A stretch of 64,000 bases of DNA from the NCBI GenBank assembly GCA_951406725.2, contig OX597817.1, forward strand, positions 106,640,001 through 106,704,000, given 5' to 3'. Shown piece by piece: positions 12,801-28,263 of the stretch; position 1 is the stretch's first letter; each line of letters begins with the position of its first letter. This DNA comes from Octopus vulgaris (lineage: Eukaryota). Position numbers and translations under genes: made by a program. A model generated the notes under the pieces. It did no database searches. It was given only the letters and a program-made list of their open reading frames with translations, and was not told the DNA's origin.

Positions 12801-14694
12801 TTGTGGTGATACAATGAAGCACAGTGGCTTTCAGGAAAAAAATCACTTTTATTAAATCCACAGATACTCCAACCAACTGTAAGAATAGACAAAGAAATAC
12901 TACATGGTTCAATCCACTTTTGAATCAAAGGTCATTATTTCTATTGCCAAATTATTTTTCTCCAGTAAAAAAGCATTTTCTCCATCAACATAAGTACCAC
13001 TAAATATTTAACAAAAGTACAACTAAAATCTCATACTCTGCTATCCCTAACCTAGAACAGTCTATCACTTCTAACCATACTAGACAACAAAATTAACTAG
13101 GATCTCAATCTTCACACTAACTGAACCAACTTTCTTTGTCTCTTAGATTCCATATACCTATCTAGAGTAGCAGCTTACCAATGCAATGTCTATACTGGTA
13201 ATTCAGCAAAAATTTTCATCTGTCAAACCACCAACTTCAGAACTTCATACAATATACACCTCTTCACAATCATGCACAAATCAAGATGAGACAATATCAC
13301 TATCTGAATATATTGAGATTTAATGGTTGGAAACAGTTTAGATTGAAAAATTATTTACTAAGCTAATTCTTTCACTGGAGACCAAAATAGTCTGTTTCTT
13401 GGCCTGGCAGATTCATATGAGACTCACACTCTGAAAAATTATTTTCATGTAACTTCAGAACTTTTAAGTACTTCAAGTCTACTACATTTTAACCAGGACA
13501 ATCCCACTGAAAAAATCACTGCAACCATTCCAGTTTTAAAGATCCTTAACTCATTACCTTTTCCCCATGTCTTCCACATTCAACTCTTCTACCACTCCTA
13601 ACATGATGTTAGTTCATTATGTGTCGCTACCAATTTTTGTCCCATGTCTATTTTACACACACACACACTATCTTTACTTTGCTCTGTAGACAAGCCACCA
13701 TACTTTATACCTTTTCTACCATTTTTATATTTATGTTCTGCTAATGAACATATACAAATACCTACTTAATAACTATCCATTTGTCCTAGATTTTGTTTCT
13801 TATGTTTTATTACATTCATATATACATGTGTCAAGCTAAGTGAAATCGTAATTGTGGCCAGAGCTGCTAACACATGAAAGGCTCCTGTGCCAATGACACA
13901 TTAAAGGCACTTGTGCTGGTGACACGTAAAAGGCACCCATGCCGGTGACATGTTAAAGCACCCATGCTGGTAACATGTAAAGACACCCAATTATTCATTA
14001 TTTCAACAATTTATTCATATTTTACAATTTAGTATTGGTTTTTTTTTTTTACATTTTTTATTATTAGTTTCCATTCTTAATTACTTGTTCTTTTATAACT
14101 ACTAGTGACATTTTCATCTTGTATGATCACATCATATTTCCCTTTTTTCTTTGTTGTTGTTGTTGTAGTAGAAATAGTAGTAGTACTACTACTACTCGTA
14201 AATTTTCCAACTCAAGCTCAGCCTTATTTTACTCATCATTCTAATGTCCACTTTTTCATACTTGGAATTCATGCGGGTGAACCCCAAACCATAAGGTCAG
14301 GAAGCAAACTTCTTAGCCGTGTAGCCATACTCACGCACACATACACACACCTTTGTAATGAGGATCCTGAATGTAAAGGAATATTTCCTATAAATGTCTA
14401 GATCTAAAGCTATATGTATGTGTGTGTCTTTCTCATGAGTTTTCTATTATCAAAAGACTATTTACTGTCACTTCTATATACCTTTTTAATAAGGTTTCTG
14501 ACTGGTTAATAGACAACTTTTGTAGCAATTTTTTAGTTGGTACTTGACAGGAAATGAAGACAAGCAATCATTTAGAAAAAAGTACTAGGCTTACAAAGAA
14601 TAAGCTCTGGGGTCGATTTGCTCAACTATAAAGACGGTGTTCCAACATGGCCGCAGTCAAATGACTGAAGCAAGTAAAAGAGAGAGTATATCTA

Positions 14695-14754
<60 letters not shown>

Positions 14755-17700
14755 CTGAGACTGATACAAGTATGTCAAATACCATACAACATAAATTCTT
14801 GATCTATTAAAATATTCCCTGTTTCTGGAGGATGAGTCACAATTATTAAATAGTAATTTGTGTAATTTATACAAAAATAAGTTAAGAGAAATAGCTGAGT
14901 GGCCAGTGTCATGTTTTTGAACAACATAGACAAAAATAAGTATATCAAATCTCTTATAATAATTCTGTTTATTCCTCCATTACTTAGCCTGTCCATAACA
15001 CTTCCATGCGAATAGTTGAAGGGAGGGGAGGGTGAGGTGGTGGTAAGTGAAATGTGTATTTTTTTTAACTAAGTTTTTTTCCCTCCTTTACTTAGCCTGT
15101 CTGTTATGCTTTTACATGATTAGTTGAAGGGAAAGGAGAAAAGCGAAAGAAAAGGGAGAGATAAAAAGAGGGAGAGTGCTGTGTATTCAGTTTATAAAAT
15201 TGTGCATAAAGTATATAAAGGGTGTATATAAAGTGCATTAAGTAATCATTGTATTCCAGTTCCTTCACTTTTCAATGATTAGCAGATTAGTGACTATCTT
15301 TTCATACAGATACAACACATGCTATGATTTCAGGTTTTTTGTTATAAAGTTTTCAGAAATAACCCAATAAGTTTACCATGAATTCCGTGAAATATTTACA
15401 GGTCCCACTAGTAAATATAAATTATTGATTTAAAATATTTTCCATCTCTAGAGAATGTGTCACAATTATCAAAAGGCAATTAAAACTGGCTCCATATGAG
15501 AAGGGCACATATGTCAGTGTCTAACAAGTCAAGAGGGTATTTCACACAGTGAACAAAGATTGTCTGATGTCAAACTCTTTATGAAAAGTAGAGTAGATGT
15601 ATACATATTTTTAAACTAAAAAGGGTGACAATTACAGAGGTATAGGTGAAAATTATCTCTCATTTCACTCTCCCTCTCAGCTCACCTCCTACTTAATTTT
15701 CATTCCACATGAGCCTCTTGCTTTTTTCTCACCTCCTCTTATCCTAAAACCATTCAAAATTTTCACTTTTGCGTAGAAAGTGATAGATAAATTTATGTTG
15801 GTGCTGTGGTAGTTTCTGTGGATAGGATAACTAACAGATACGCACTTAAAGTCTGTAACCAGCTAGTATTTGTCACTATTTCCTTATCCTCATTGTTTTC
15901 ATGCCCACTTTTCCATGCTTTTATGGGTCAGATGGAAGTTGTTGAGGCAGATTTTCTATGGTTGGATGCCTTTCCTGTTGCTAACCTTTACCTGTTTCAA
16001 AGCAAGATAATGTTTCTCCCTTACTAGAAATGTTCACAACAATTATGCAATATCAAGCAAGGAGACACAAACATGTAAACACTCACTCACTCACACATAT
16101 GTACACACACACACACACACACACACACACGCGCATACATATATACATACATACATTCATCCATCCATCTATTCGAGGTTCATGTACATGACATTTGCTC
16201 AAGGTGATGTGCTGTATGATCAAATCCAGAACCATGCACTTGCAAAGTAAACATTTTAACATACAACCATGCCTTCCTTATTTATTTCTTCCTTGTCATC
16301 CTTCACCAGGCTTTGAGGTTATGCAGGGTTATATGTTATATGGGGTGCTTGAACCAGAATTTACCCATCCCTAATTCCTAAGTATTGTTGATGAAAGAGA
16401 ACCATTGGTTCACTTTCATAGTAGATTTATGTCTTCTGAATAAATAGAAACTTTAGTATTTCTTCAAGTGTTATGCCACAGTTTTTTTTTACTACTACTA
16501 CAGTGGCTTTTGTTTCTTGGAGCTGGTTTGTCTTGTATCACCTTTACTGAGATAATTACAACTTTCTTCTTCCTCAATGTCCACATTCTGTCTGTTTTAC
16601 AGGCCCCTTACTAACCACTCTGTCCAGATTTCCCTCACCAGAATATTGACCCCCTCTCTGGAATTCCTCCCTGCACATATCAGTCAAGAGGAACATTATG
16701 AACTTTATCCATGTCATTCTCTCTGGTTTCAGAGGCCTGTGAAGCTCTTATTCCAGACTAAACCCCACAAAAATAAAGGAAAAAATAAACTTTAGTTCAG
16801 AGCTGCATGCATGTATGCATTATTTGCTGGGATAAGCAAACTTGGTACTCCAGAAGTTTGGCTTATTTTGTTATATATGCATGCATGTATATCTCTCTAT
16901 GTAAAGCACAACACTATCAATTTCTAAGTATGCACTGTTTTTGTTTTACTTGAGTTTCTCTTTCAAACTTTAGATTTCAGTTTGTTTTTTTTTTCTACTG
17001 AAATGGGATTTTTGAACACATTGGCAACTTATTAACCCTTTAGCATGCAGAATACTCTGTCAGATGTAATGCTTATTTATTCACATTGTTTTGAATTAGT
17101 CGTGCATTATCTTGTAGCTTCACGATGTTGATGATGTGACTGTTTATTTTTAGAATAACATTATAGGGTATGTATGAGAGGCTGCATCTGACCAGTTTGA
17201 ACATAAAACATAAAGAATATTTGGATCAGATATACCAGTTTAAATGCTAAAGGGTTAACTTGTATGTTTATATTTCGGGTTTGGCTGCATGCTTATTACT
17301 AAATTCATTTTGGTCTTACGATTGCCACTTATAGGCGGAATTGAACCCTAGACAAACAGTGGAATTCTGTAAGGTAAGTAAACTAAAAGTTACTGTTGGG
17401 TCACTACCAAAGTTGCTGCGGGTATGTGGACACATATAAACACACATACATATACACACACACACACCACATGCACGAACACATATATGGTTATTTTATA
17501 ATTCATTTACCATTTACAGTGTATTTGTGTGTGTGTGTATACACACACACACACACATTATATATATATATATAATGTAAATTGCAGTCAAGATCTCATC
17601 ATCAATACCCTGGATTTCTGAGTCAGTGGAGTTGGTTCATTGACATCCTTTGTTAACAAAAGGTCTAATTATTAGTCTTTTTGTCAACTGAAAGAATGAC

Positions 17701-17861
17701 AGTAGACCAACTCCACTAACAGGAAACCCAGGGTATTGTATTGAGACTTTGACCATAATTATTTATATATTAAATATTTATACCCAACTCCTGCCCTGCT
17801 ATTAGTACTTACCTCAGTTCATTATCACTAACACACACACACATACATATGTATATGTACA

Positions 17862-17901
<40 letters not shown>

Positions 17902-18574
17902 GAATTAGAGATAAAAACCACTATTATGCAACTCAAACAGTGATAGACATAAACCAATACATAAATAACAAATAATATATATAATTAGTATAATATATAA
18001 TTTTTATATATATACACACACACATGTACTCACATGCTAGATGTACACCAGAATACTAATGATACAGTGACGTTATGAATAAATATGTGGAAATTAGGGC
18101 TACAAAGTTCCACTTTGGGTTTTTAGGATGGGAATTGAACTGACTGATTTTATTATTAAACAACTCATTAGGTTTCATTGACCTCTCTCTCTCTCTCTCT
18201 CTCTCTCAAACTACTGGCACAGCTCGTTTGCATAATAGTAGAATGTTGATGCACTGACAATAATTGTTAAAGTACTAGTACAGTATGTGTTATGACCAAA
18301 TAAACACACTGACTCATCCATATGTTCTAAGTTTTGCTAGCTTGGAATGAAGATTTAAACAAATCATGTTTCATTCTTATTTAACAACCCAGCAAGATTC
18401 ACTCACCTCTTCCTCTCTAATTACCAACGATAGCAGCAGAAATTACACATAGGCACAAGTAGGCATAAGTGTGGCACTCTGGGCATGTGTCTTCTACTAT
18501 AGCCTTGGTCCAACCAAAGCCTTGTGAGTGGATTTAATAAACAGAAACTAAAAGAAGCCCATTGTATGTATGTA

Positions 18575-18607
<33 letters not shown>

Positions 18608-19465
18608 TATAAGCGGAAAGTGTAACCTCTCGAAAGAGCTGTTCTTCACTCCTGCTCCAGAGCGTCGGCTGCGGGGTCATTCCGAAAAGCTCTACCTGCA
18701 ATGATTTCATCTCAATCGAAGGAGAGGAGCTTTCTCCGTCCGCGTTGCGGATCCGTAGAACAAGCTGCCAGACGAGATGGTGAAGATGCCGACGACCGCT
18801 TTGTTCAAAGCCTCCCTGGACCTCAAGTGGCCTGAACTCTTTACATGAACACCACCCTGTACTTAACTCCATGTCCCCCTACATGGCCTTGCTATTTGCT
18901 TTTGAGCCAAATTAACTAACTAACTAACTAACATATATATATATATATAATTGTCCAACCCATGCCAATATGGAAAGTTGACGTTAAATGATGTGATGAT
19001 GTGTGTGTGTGTCTTTGTGTCTGTGTTTGTCCCCCACCACTGCTTGGCAACTGGTGTTGTTGTGTTTGCATCCCTATAACTTAGTGGTTCAACAAAGGAG
19101 ACCGATAGAATAAGTATTAGGCTTAAAAAAAAGAAGTCCAAGGGTCAACTTGTTTGACTCCCTCCTAGGTGGTGTCCCAGGATGACTGCAGTCCAATGAC
19201 TGAAACAAGTAAAAGTTAAAAGATAAAAGATCAAGATGAAAATGCAAACAAAACTGGTAAATGAAGCAACTCATTTGCATAATGATATAAGTTGATGGCC
19301 AGACCATAATTACTTAGTATATAGTTATGAAAAATAAATATACAGCAAGTTTTGTATGATGGAGACAGTTCCTTCCTGATTTCATATTTACTGGAATTGT
19401 TAAGTTCTACATTGGGTTTGTTTTCCTCTTTGCCTTTCTCAGCCTTTGACCTCATGCACTTGTGT

Positions 19466-19500
<35 letters not shown>

Positions 19501-21055
19501 CTCATGCCCTGCAAAATGCACTCTTGCTGGTGTCATGTAAAAGGCACCCAGCACACTCTGTAAAGTGGTTGGCTTTAGGAAGGGTATCCGGCCATAGAAA
19601 CCATGCCAAAACAGACAATTGGAGCCTGGTCAGCTCCTGTTAAACTATCAAACCCATGCCAGCATGGAAAATTGATGTTAAACAATGAGGATGATAACCA
19701 ATGCATTGTGCATGGATTTGGAAGATAGAAACTGAAAGAATCCCATCATATGTATGTGTTTGTTCACATTTGTGCTTCACCAAAACTCACTAAACTACAA
19801 GTGATGATATTATTATTCCCCTTTTATCTTTTACTAATTTCAGTCATTAGACTGTGGCCATGTTGGGGCATGACCTTGAAGAATTTTTAGTTGAATGAGT
19901 CAACCCAATACTTATTTTTTTAAAGCCTGCTACTTATTCTATCAGTCTCTTTTGCTGAAACACTAAGTTATGGGTACATAAACACACCAATACCAGTTGT
20001 CAATCAGTGGTAGGGAGACAAAGACAGACACAAAACAAACACACACACACAATGAACTTCTTTCAGATTCCTTCTAACACATGTTAGCTTGGAAGTAGAT
20101 ATAAAATCAAATAAATGAACTAGGTCATTTATACAAGGGTTGACTGAAAAGTTCATAGGCTGACCAAGATACTCTCATGAAATGTGACCAAAAGTGGTTT
20201 ATTTTTCAACATAGTTCCTTTTGCAGTCCACACACTTCTTCCATTGGTCTTGCAGTGCTTTGATACCATTGGTGAAGAAGCTGTCATCCAGTTGGTTGAA
20301 AATGTCATCAACAGCAGATATGATATCTCCGTCACTGTGATACTGGTTTCCAACCAAGTGTTTTTTCAAACAATGTCAGGTTTCTCCTTGACATGACCAG
20401 CCTTCATCATGCCAATTCATTGTGCAGAATATTCTCAACTCTCTCACAGGATATACCAGTAGCATTGGCTGTTTGATTTATAATCAGTTGCTTGTCATCC
20501 ATTACCATGTGATGAACATAACAATGTTTTCCTAGTGGTAGCAGTTGTAGGATGTCCTGACCCAGGGTCATCTTCAAGACTTTCTCCTACCCTCCTAAAT
20601 TCAGCTGTTCACTTTTGCATTGTTGATAAAGCTAGAATGTCATTGCCTAATGTAACAGCCATGTCAGCATGGATTTTGTTGGCAGCTAAACCCTTTTTCT
20701 TTAGATACTTGATCACACCAAGATTGCCAAATTTTCTCTATTTTCAAGAGAAGTTGCTACTAGTTATTTTTGAAGTCTTCTTTGAACAGTCAAATGTCAG
20801 TTTATCTGCAAAAAAACTGAAGTTATTAATAAGAAGAGTTGAAATTATTGCATGCAAGATTTCACAGCTCTGGCATCACTCCTTCAAAGTCAGCCTATAA
20901 ATGTTTCCTCATGTATATTTTTAGTTTCACTCTGAAATTAGACTGCAAGGGTCTTTTTGGCATCTTAGGCTAATGATTGAAACAACTTTATCATTCATTC
21001 AGTTATTTATCATTTCATCAGGATTCACTCAACCACCCCTCTCTCTTAGTATATA

Positions 21056-21097
<42 letters not shown>

Positions 21098-23180
21098 CAC
21101 ACACACAGACATATGTATATATGTGTATAAATATATATATATATATCATAAAACTGCCAATGACAATGGTAGGAGGTTATTTATTAAAATGATTTCAAAT
21201 TTTGGAACAAGGGCAGTAGCTTCTGAGCTAAGAATTCTACCAGCTTGCCTCCTTAGGTTACTTGTTAAAAATGCAAACAAAATTTGTGGCTGACTCAACT
21301 CATTAAATTATTCAAAGCTGACAACCTGATAATTACTAAAGTACCAATACACACATACACGTATGTAAACTCTCATGCATTTATACTATATACAATAATG
21401 CATATACTTACCTTTCCAAATAATATTTTACTGTTTTAAACAACCTGTTTACTTTTTACATATTTCTTTGTAATATTACTTTACCTTTTCCTTGTATTCT
21501 TGTGTAAACTCTAAAACTACTGCACGTGTTGCTGTTTTTATCACTACTGCTACCATTCTGTTATTACTACTAATACTATTTCTATTATTAAACTGTTTGC
21601 TTTGGGCCTTTTATATCACCTTTTAATCGAGGTAATACAAAACTATATCCAACCAAAGATTTCTTTAAGTAGCTTTCTGTTACATGAACTCAGTTATTTT
21701 CACTGTGCTGAGAGAAGCAAATTCAGTTAATAACATGGACTAAAATAATTCCAAATTCCAATTTTATTATGATATAAAATTGATAAACCATTAAATTATG
21801 TTTATTTTGATTTTAAATGTAGTTGCAGTTACTCTGTCCAAAATCATGTCATATTAAACAAATATTAATTTGTTTAGAAAGTAACTTACTTATAATTGCC
21901 AACCACATGTGCATCATCATCATCGTTTAATGTTCGCTTTCCATGCTGGTATGGGTTGGACGAGTTGACTGAGGACTGGCGAACCAGATGGCTGCACCAG
22001 GCTCCAATCTGATCTGGCAGAGTTTCTACATCTGGATGCCCTTCCTAACACCAGCCACTCCGAGAGTGTAGTAGGTGCTTTTACGTGTCACCAGCATGAG
22101 GGCCAGTCAGGCAGTAACTGGCAACGGCCATACTCAAATGGTGTTTTTTACATGCCACCTGCACAGGAGCCAGTCCAGCAGCACTGGCAACAACCTCGCT
22201 CGAAAGTTTTTTCTTGTGCTACTAAGGCAATGCTATGTATATATATATATATTTATATATACACACAACAGCTTCTTTCAGTTTCCATCTACCAAATCCA
22301 CTCACAAGGCTTATGCAATCTTATACATTTACATAGTGAATCTTCCATCACTGCAGTTGATTCAATGATGAGACCAAAACATTTTGATTTGTCTTTTGGA
22401 CTTATAGCAAAATAAATAAAATAATTTTAGTCATTAACTAATAATGTCTTTTTTCCTCACAACCTAATTATTTTCTAGTTAGATTTTTAATGCTCCTTAT
22501 ATTAAATATGTTAACAACAGCTTAAATATCAATTTGAACTAGCATACTACTAAATATGGTAAATTAATGGAATGTTGGCATTCTCTATTTTTTAATTGAT
22601 TCTCTAAATCAGTTTAATTGTAAATGTCTTCTACTCACCTACTTTATTTATCAAGCTTTTACTTTTACCTAGTAAATATATAAACACTATTTGCAGCAAT
22701 GTATTTACAAAAATATTCTTTTCCTTTTTGTCATAAATTATGTTTGAGATTTACTACAAAAAATTAAAAACCTCTTCAAAGTAACTTTCAAATTAACATT
22801 ATTTTTACAATTATTATTTGTTTATTTTTGTATTTCAATTTAATTACTTTATATGACATGGGTGGAGAAATTTGATGTGTTTCAAGATATATATTTGGCT
22901 TACAATTTGTCATATTTTATACTAACTTTGTTGTCACTTTGCCAGAGGTTCTTGACCTTTTTATGGTTCCAAACCCATCGAAACTTGTCCAATATGCCCC
23001 TATATCCTCATTGCCAGACTACTGAAATCATCATCATCTCTAGTCCTATTACATGTCAGATTAGTTCCAAAAGATGAATAGCTTGGTTTTACTTAACATG
23101 GATAACCAGGAACAGAACAAGAAAGGGAATTATAAGGATTTTGTATTTATTTATAGAAAATGATACTAAAGATTGAGAGA

Positions 23181-23234
<54 letters not shown>

Positions 23235-25512
23235 ATATGAATATATATACTCCCAGCTTTTGATTTCCATACACTCAAGAGGTATGGACACCCCTAGTTG
23301 AAAAACCTTTGTTTTATGCTTTTTTTTTCTTCTTTGGCTTTAACTTACTAATATGTAACAACTAAATAATCATTTTTACATTTCAGCTACTCGAGGCATT
23401 AGTACCTACAAAACCACCCTTGTGCCAACATTTTTGTTTTTAGTAGGATGCTAGTAATTGTGTTGAAACCCAAAACAGTATTGGATTAATTGCATTTCAG
23501 TATTTAGTTTTATTTCTTTAGTTTCTGAGTTCAAATTCTGTCATAGTCAGCTTTATATTTTATCTCTTTAGAATTGATAAGATAATTTCTAGTAATATAA
23601 TGGTATCAGTTCCATCAACTATACTTCTCCTTAAGAAAAATGTGTTCTATTCGTATATAGATAACTCTAGATATTTTGAGTGTCACTTTCATTTGTTCAT
23701 TCAGTTGTGTGTGTGTGTGTGTGTGTTGTATGCACACACACATATATATATATATCAATGTATTATGATTTTATAAAATATTAATATCAATTTATAATTT
23801 ATTACAGTTTGCTGGATATGAATGAGAGGTGATAGTGATTTCAATTTTTGTCACAATTTATATTGTGCCCTAATCAAGATAAAACCGTGCTTGCACTGTT
23901 TATCTGTGAAATATTATGCATATTTTATCAGATCGTTTGAATTAATTATGCATTACCTCATAAATTTGAGATTTTGATGATGAGATTGTTTATTTTTAGG
24001 GTGATGTTATAGGGTAGGTGTGAGAAGCTCATTCAGGCCAGTTTGAACAGTAAAGCAGGTAGAATATCTTGGCCAGATATGGCTGTTTTAAATGCTTCTC
24101 ACACCTACACACTATACTATGCACTAGGGATTTTGACCTTTAAATTTTAGGGAAAAAATGCAGATTATACTCGAGGATTTACGGTATGAGGGCTTCTCTC
24201 AGTTTCTGTCTACTAAATCCATTCACAAGGCTTTGGTCAGCCTGAGGCTATAATAGAAGACACTTGCCCAAGGCGCCACACAGTGGGACTGAACTCGGAA
24301 CCATGTGGTCGGTAAGCAAGCTACTTAACACACAGCCACTCCTGCACCTTTATGTAAGCAAAAATTCAATGCTTTGTTGCACAAAAGACTTTATAAAGCT
24401 ATCAGCTGCTCAATGGCTCATAAATACATTAAATTTGAATAAATTTTAGAAAAGGTTTGATGCCCACAAAGAATACCTCAGTGTCCCCCTGTTACTGACC
24501 TCTGTTCTGTATTAATCTTGCTTTGTTTCATTTATGAGTTACTATCTATTATGGAAACTGTTGATCTGTAGCATGTTTGGTAGTCTCAATATCAGGTTCA
24601 ATGAAGTTGCTAACCTTACCACAAATAGGGCCTAATGGCAAAATGGTTTTTCTAAAATGTTATTGCCAACATTTCTTATGCTGTGCACTAACCCTTATGA
24701 AAAAGAAGAGTGTCGAAAAGTTATATGACAAGTAACTACCATACTACTCTCTATGTTAATCAGATTACCACAAGGCGTCTTGTTGTATTTTTGTATTGAC
24801 TTCTCATTAACTTGTTCAGTGCCTGAGGCAAGTGTTTATCATAAATGAAAGATACCATCTCAAGAGAAAAAAAAAATAAACCCTATTCTTTCATCTTTTA
24901 CTTGTTTCAGTCATTAGACTCTGGCCATGCTGGGGCTCCACCTTGAGAAATTTTGCTCAAACTAATTGACTCCAGTACTTATTTTCTTTTTAATTCTGGT
25001 ACTTATTCTATCAGACTCTGTTGCCAAACCACTAAGTTACAAGGATATAAACACACCAACACCAGTATTCAAGTGATAGTGAAGGATAAACACAAATGCA
25101 CAAACATACACACATACATATGATAGGGTTCTTTCAGTTTCTGTCTACCAAATCCACTAACAAGGCTTTGGTTGGCCCAAGGCTATAGTAGAAGACACTT
25201 GCCTGAGGTGCCATGCAATGGGACTGAACCCAGAACCATGTGGTTGAAAAGCAATGTATATATATGGATGTATTCCATTGAATTTAGGAAAATAATCCTT
25301 CGAACACCTGCTGGGTTCGACTGATCTGAAACTAGTCTGCAGATGCCTGACCAGCAAGGGGAAGCGGCTGACCTCCCCTGTTTGAAGGTTATTATGGACA
25401 CAGTTTTGTGTGTCACATAGCTAGCTTGAGGCAATGACCTCTTGGAGCTAATCAACGGCAGCATTCGTCCTATATTTCTGGACTGCCATATTAGCTTGGC
25501 GATAACTATTAA

Positions 25513-25583
<71 letters not shown>

Positions 25584-25600
25584 ATGTGTGTGTGTGTATG

Positions 25601-25651
<51 letters not shown>

Positions 25652-25884
25652 CCTGTCGTATATATGTATATATATATGTATGTGTGTGTCTGTGTTTGTC
25701 CCCCTAGCATTGCTTGACAACCGATGCTGGTGTGTTTACATCTCCGTCACTTAGCGGTTCGGCAAAAGAGACCGATAGAATAAGTACTGGGCTTACAAAG
25801 AATAAGTCCCGATTTGCTCGACTAAAGGCAGTGCTCCAGCATAGCCGCAGTCAAATGACTGAAACAAGTAAAAGAGTAAAAAGA

Positions 25885-25932
<48 letters not shown>

Positions 25933-26495
25933 ATATGTATACATATGTATATATATAAATCAATAATAAAAGGGTAAAATTAATTAATTATTAATTAATT
26001 TTACCAAGTAGTGTTTAGTATGTAAAAAGACCATTTACGGTATATTTAAAACATTATGTTATATAATTAGGGTTCAGTAAAATAATTTACTTTACCACAC
26101 ACCGAACTTTTAGAAATAGCAGCCAAAAAATCTTAGCTATTTCTTCTACCATAAGAAAAGTCTCCTAGACAATGTATACTCAAAAATAATTCACGTAGGT
26201 ATAGAGGGAAAAATAACGAAAGATCACACATACATCGAATTACTTGAGAATGGCCGTTTCTGGATTAGTTGAATATAAAGATCAACATTTCCTTCGTCAG
26301 CTCAAGATTTCTCTGGATTTGGATTTGAGAGCACTAAAAATCGAACATACCCGTCTGATGAGTATTTTTGAGTATACATTGTCTAGGAGACTTTTCTTAT
26401 AGTAGAAGAATTAGCTAAGATTTTTTGGCTGCTATTTCTAAAAGTTCGGTGTGTGGTAAAGTAAATTATTTTACTGAACCCTAATTATATAACGT

Positions 26496-26552
<57 letters not shown>

Positions 26553-26586
26553 GAATATGTATATATATATATATATGTATATATGA

Positions 26587-26636
<50 letters not shown>

Positions 26637-26669
26637 GAATATGTATATATATATGTATATATGAATATG

Positions 26670-26720
<51 letters not shown>

Positions 26721-27732
26721 GAATATGTGTATATATATATGTATATATGAATATGTATGTATATATATATATATATATGTATATATGAATATGTTTATAT
26801 ATATATATATATATATGTATATATGAATATGTATATATATATATATGTGTGTGTGTATTTGTATATATGTGTATATGTATACATATATGTATATATGTGT
26901 GTGTGTGTGTGTATTTGTATATATATGTATATGTATATATATATGTGTATATATATATATGTGTATATATATATATATGTATATATATATGTATGTATAT
27001 GTATATATATGTATGTATATGTATATATCTATGTATATATATGTATATATTTATATGCATATATACATGTATATATATATATGTGTATGTGTGTGTGTAT
27101 ACATATATGTACCGTAAATCCTCAAGTATAATCCACATTTTTTTCCAAAAATTTAAAGGTCAAAATCCCTAGTGCGTACTATATACGAAGTTAAAAATGA
27201 AAAATATTTTCTAAGCAATGTCCGAGTCTCTATTTGCTGTCCAGCAATGAGTCATAAAAGAATCACCCATAACTTGCAGTAAGCAACATTTATTAGAATT
27301 ATTCAGAACACAGAATAACATATAACAAAAACAATTTGCAAACATATTTACATTCCCATATAACAGTTAAGAACATCACCATTATTGTGTTACGCATGTG
27401 CGGAAGTGTTTGTTCAACTAGATGCTGTTGGCTTAATTACGCACGACTCAAGTTAGAGAAGCGGTGCATATTATACACAAGGTTTAGGTTTTCAGGGGTA
27501 CAGACCTCCCCCCCCAATCCTCTGCATATTATACTCAAGGGCAGACTATACTCAAAGATTTACGGTATACGTGTGTATATATATATGTGTGAATATGTAT
27601 ATATGTATATATATGTGTATATGTATATATGTGTATATGTATATATATATATATATATATATGTATATGTATGCATATATATATGTATATATGTATGCGT
27701 ATATATATATATATATGTATGTATATGTATAC

Positions 27733-27792
<60 letters not shown>

Positions 27793-28074
27793 GTATATAT
27801 ATGTATATGTATAAAAAAGGAAATGAAGAAAATGCTGACAAAATAATTTAAGTAATTTAATTAGGTGAAAGTTCTCTTTACCGGTTGCGCATTTGTTATG
27901 CTTATCAAAAGATTAGAGTTCCTTTCTGATAGATTTTTTCCTCTTATCTGTATTTGTATATATATGTATATATATATGTATATGTATATATATATATGTG
28001 TATATATATGTATATGTATATATGTATATGTGTATATATATGTATATGTATATATATATGTGTATATATATATA

Positions 28075-28141
<67 letters not shown>

Positions 28142-28228
28142 GTGTATATATATATGTATGTGCATATGTGTATATATATATGTGTGTGTGTGTATATATG
28201 TGTGTATATATATGTGTATAAATATGTG

Positions 28229-28263
<35 letters not shown>

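Noticed and set aside
13865-13990. About 25-bp spaced repeats (gacacgtaaaaggcacc...) resembling a CRISPR array; similar at 60810-60890
   Set aside because: Eukaryotic context, no unique spacers; these are internal tandem units of the SINE/RTE-tail repeat.
19273-19280. Octamer ATTTGCAT as snRNA-type enhancer
   Set aside because: No snRNA or proximal element recognisable nearby; expected by chance in AT-rich DNA.
25295-25505. GC-richer insert with gaaactagtc resembling a hammerhead 3' half
   Set aside because: No properly placed CUGANGA or closing stem I; probably a repeat fragment of unknown family.
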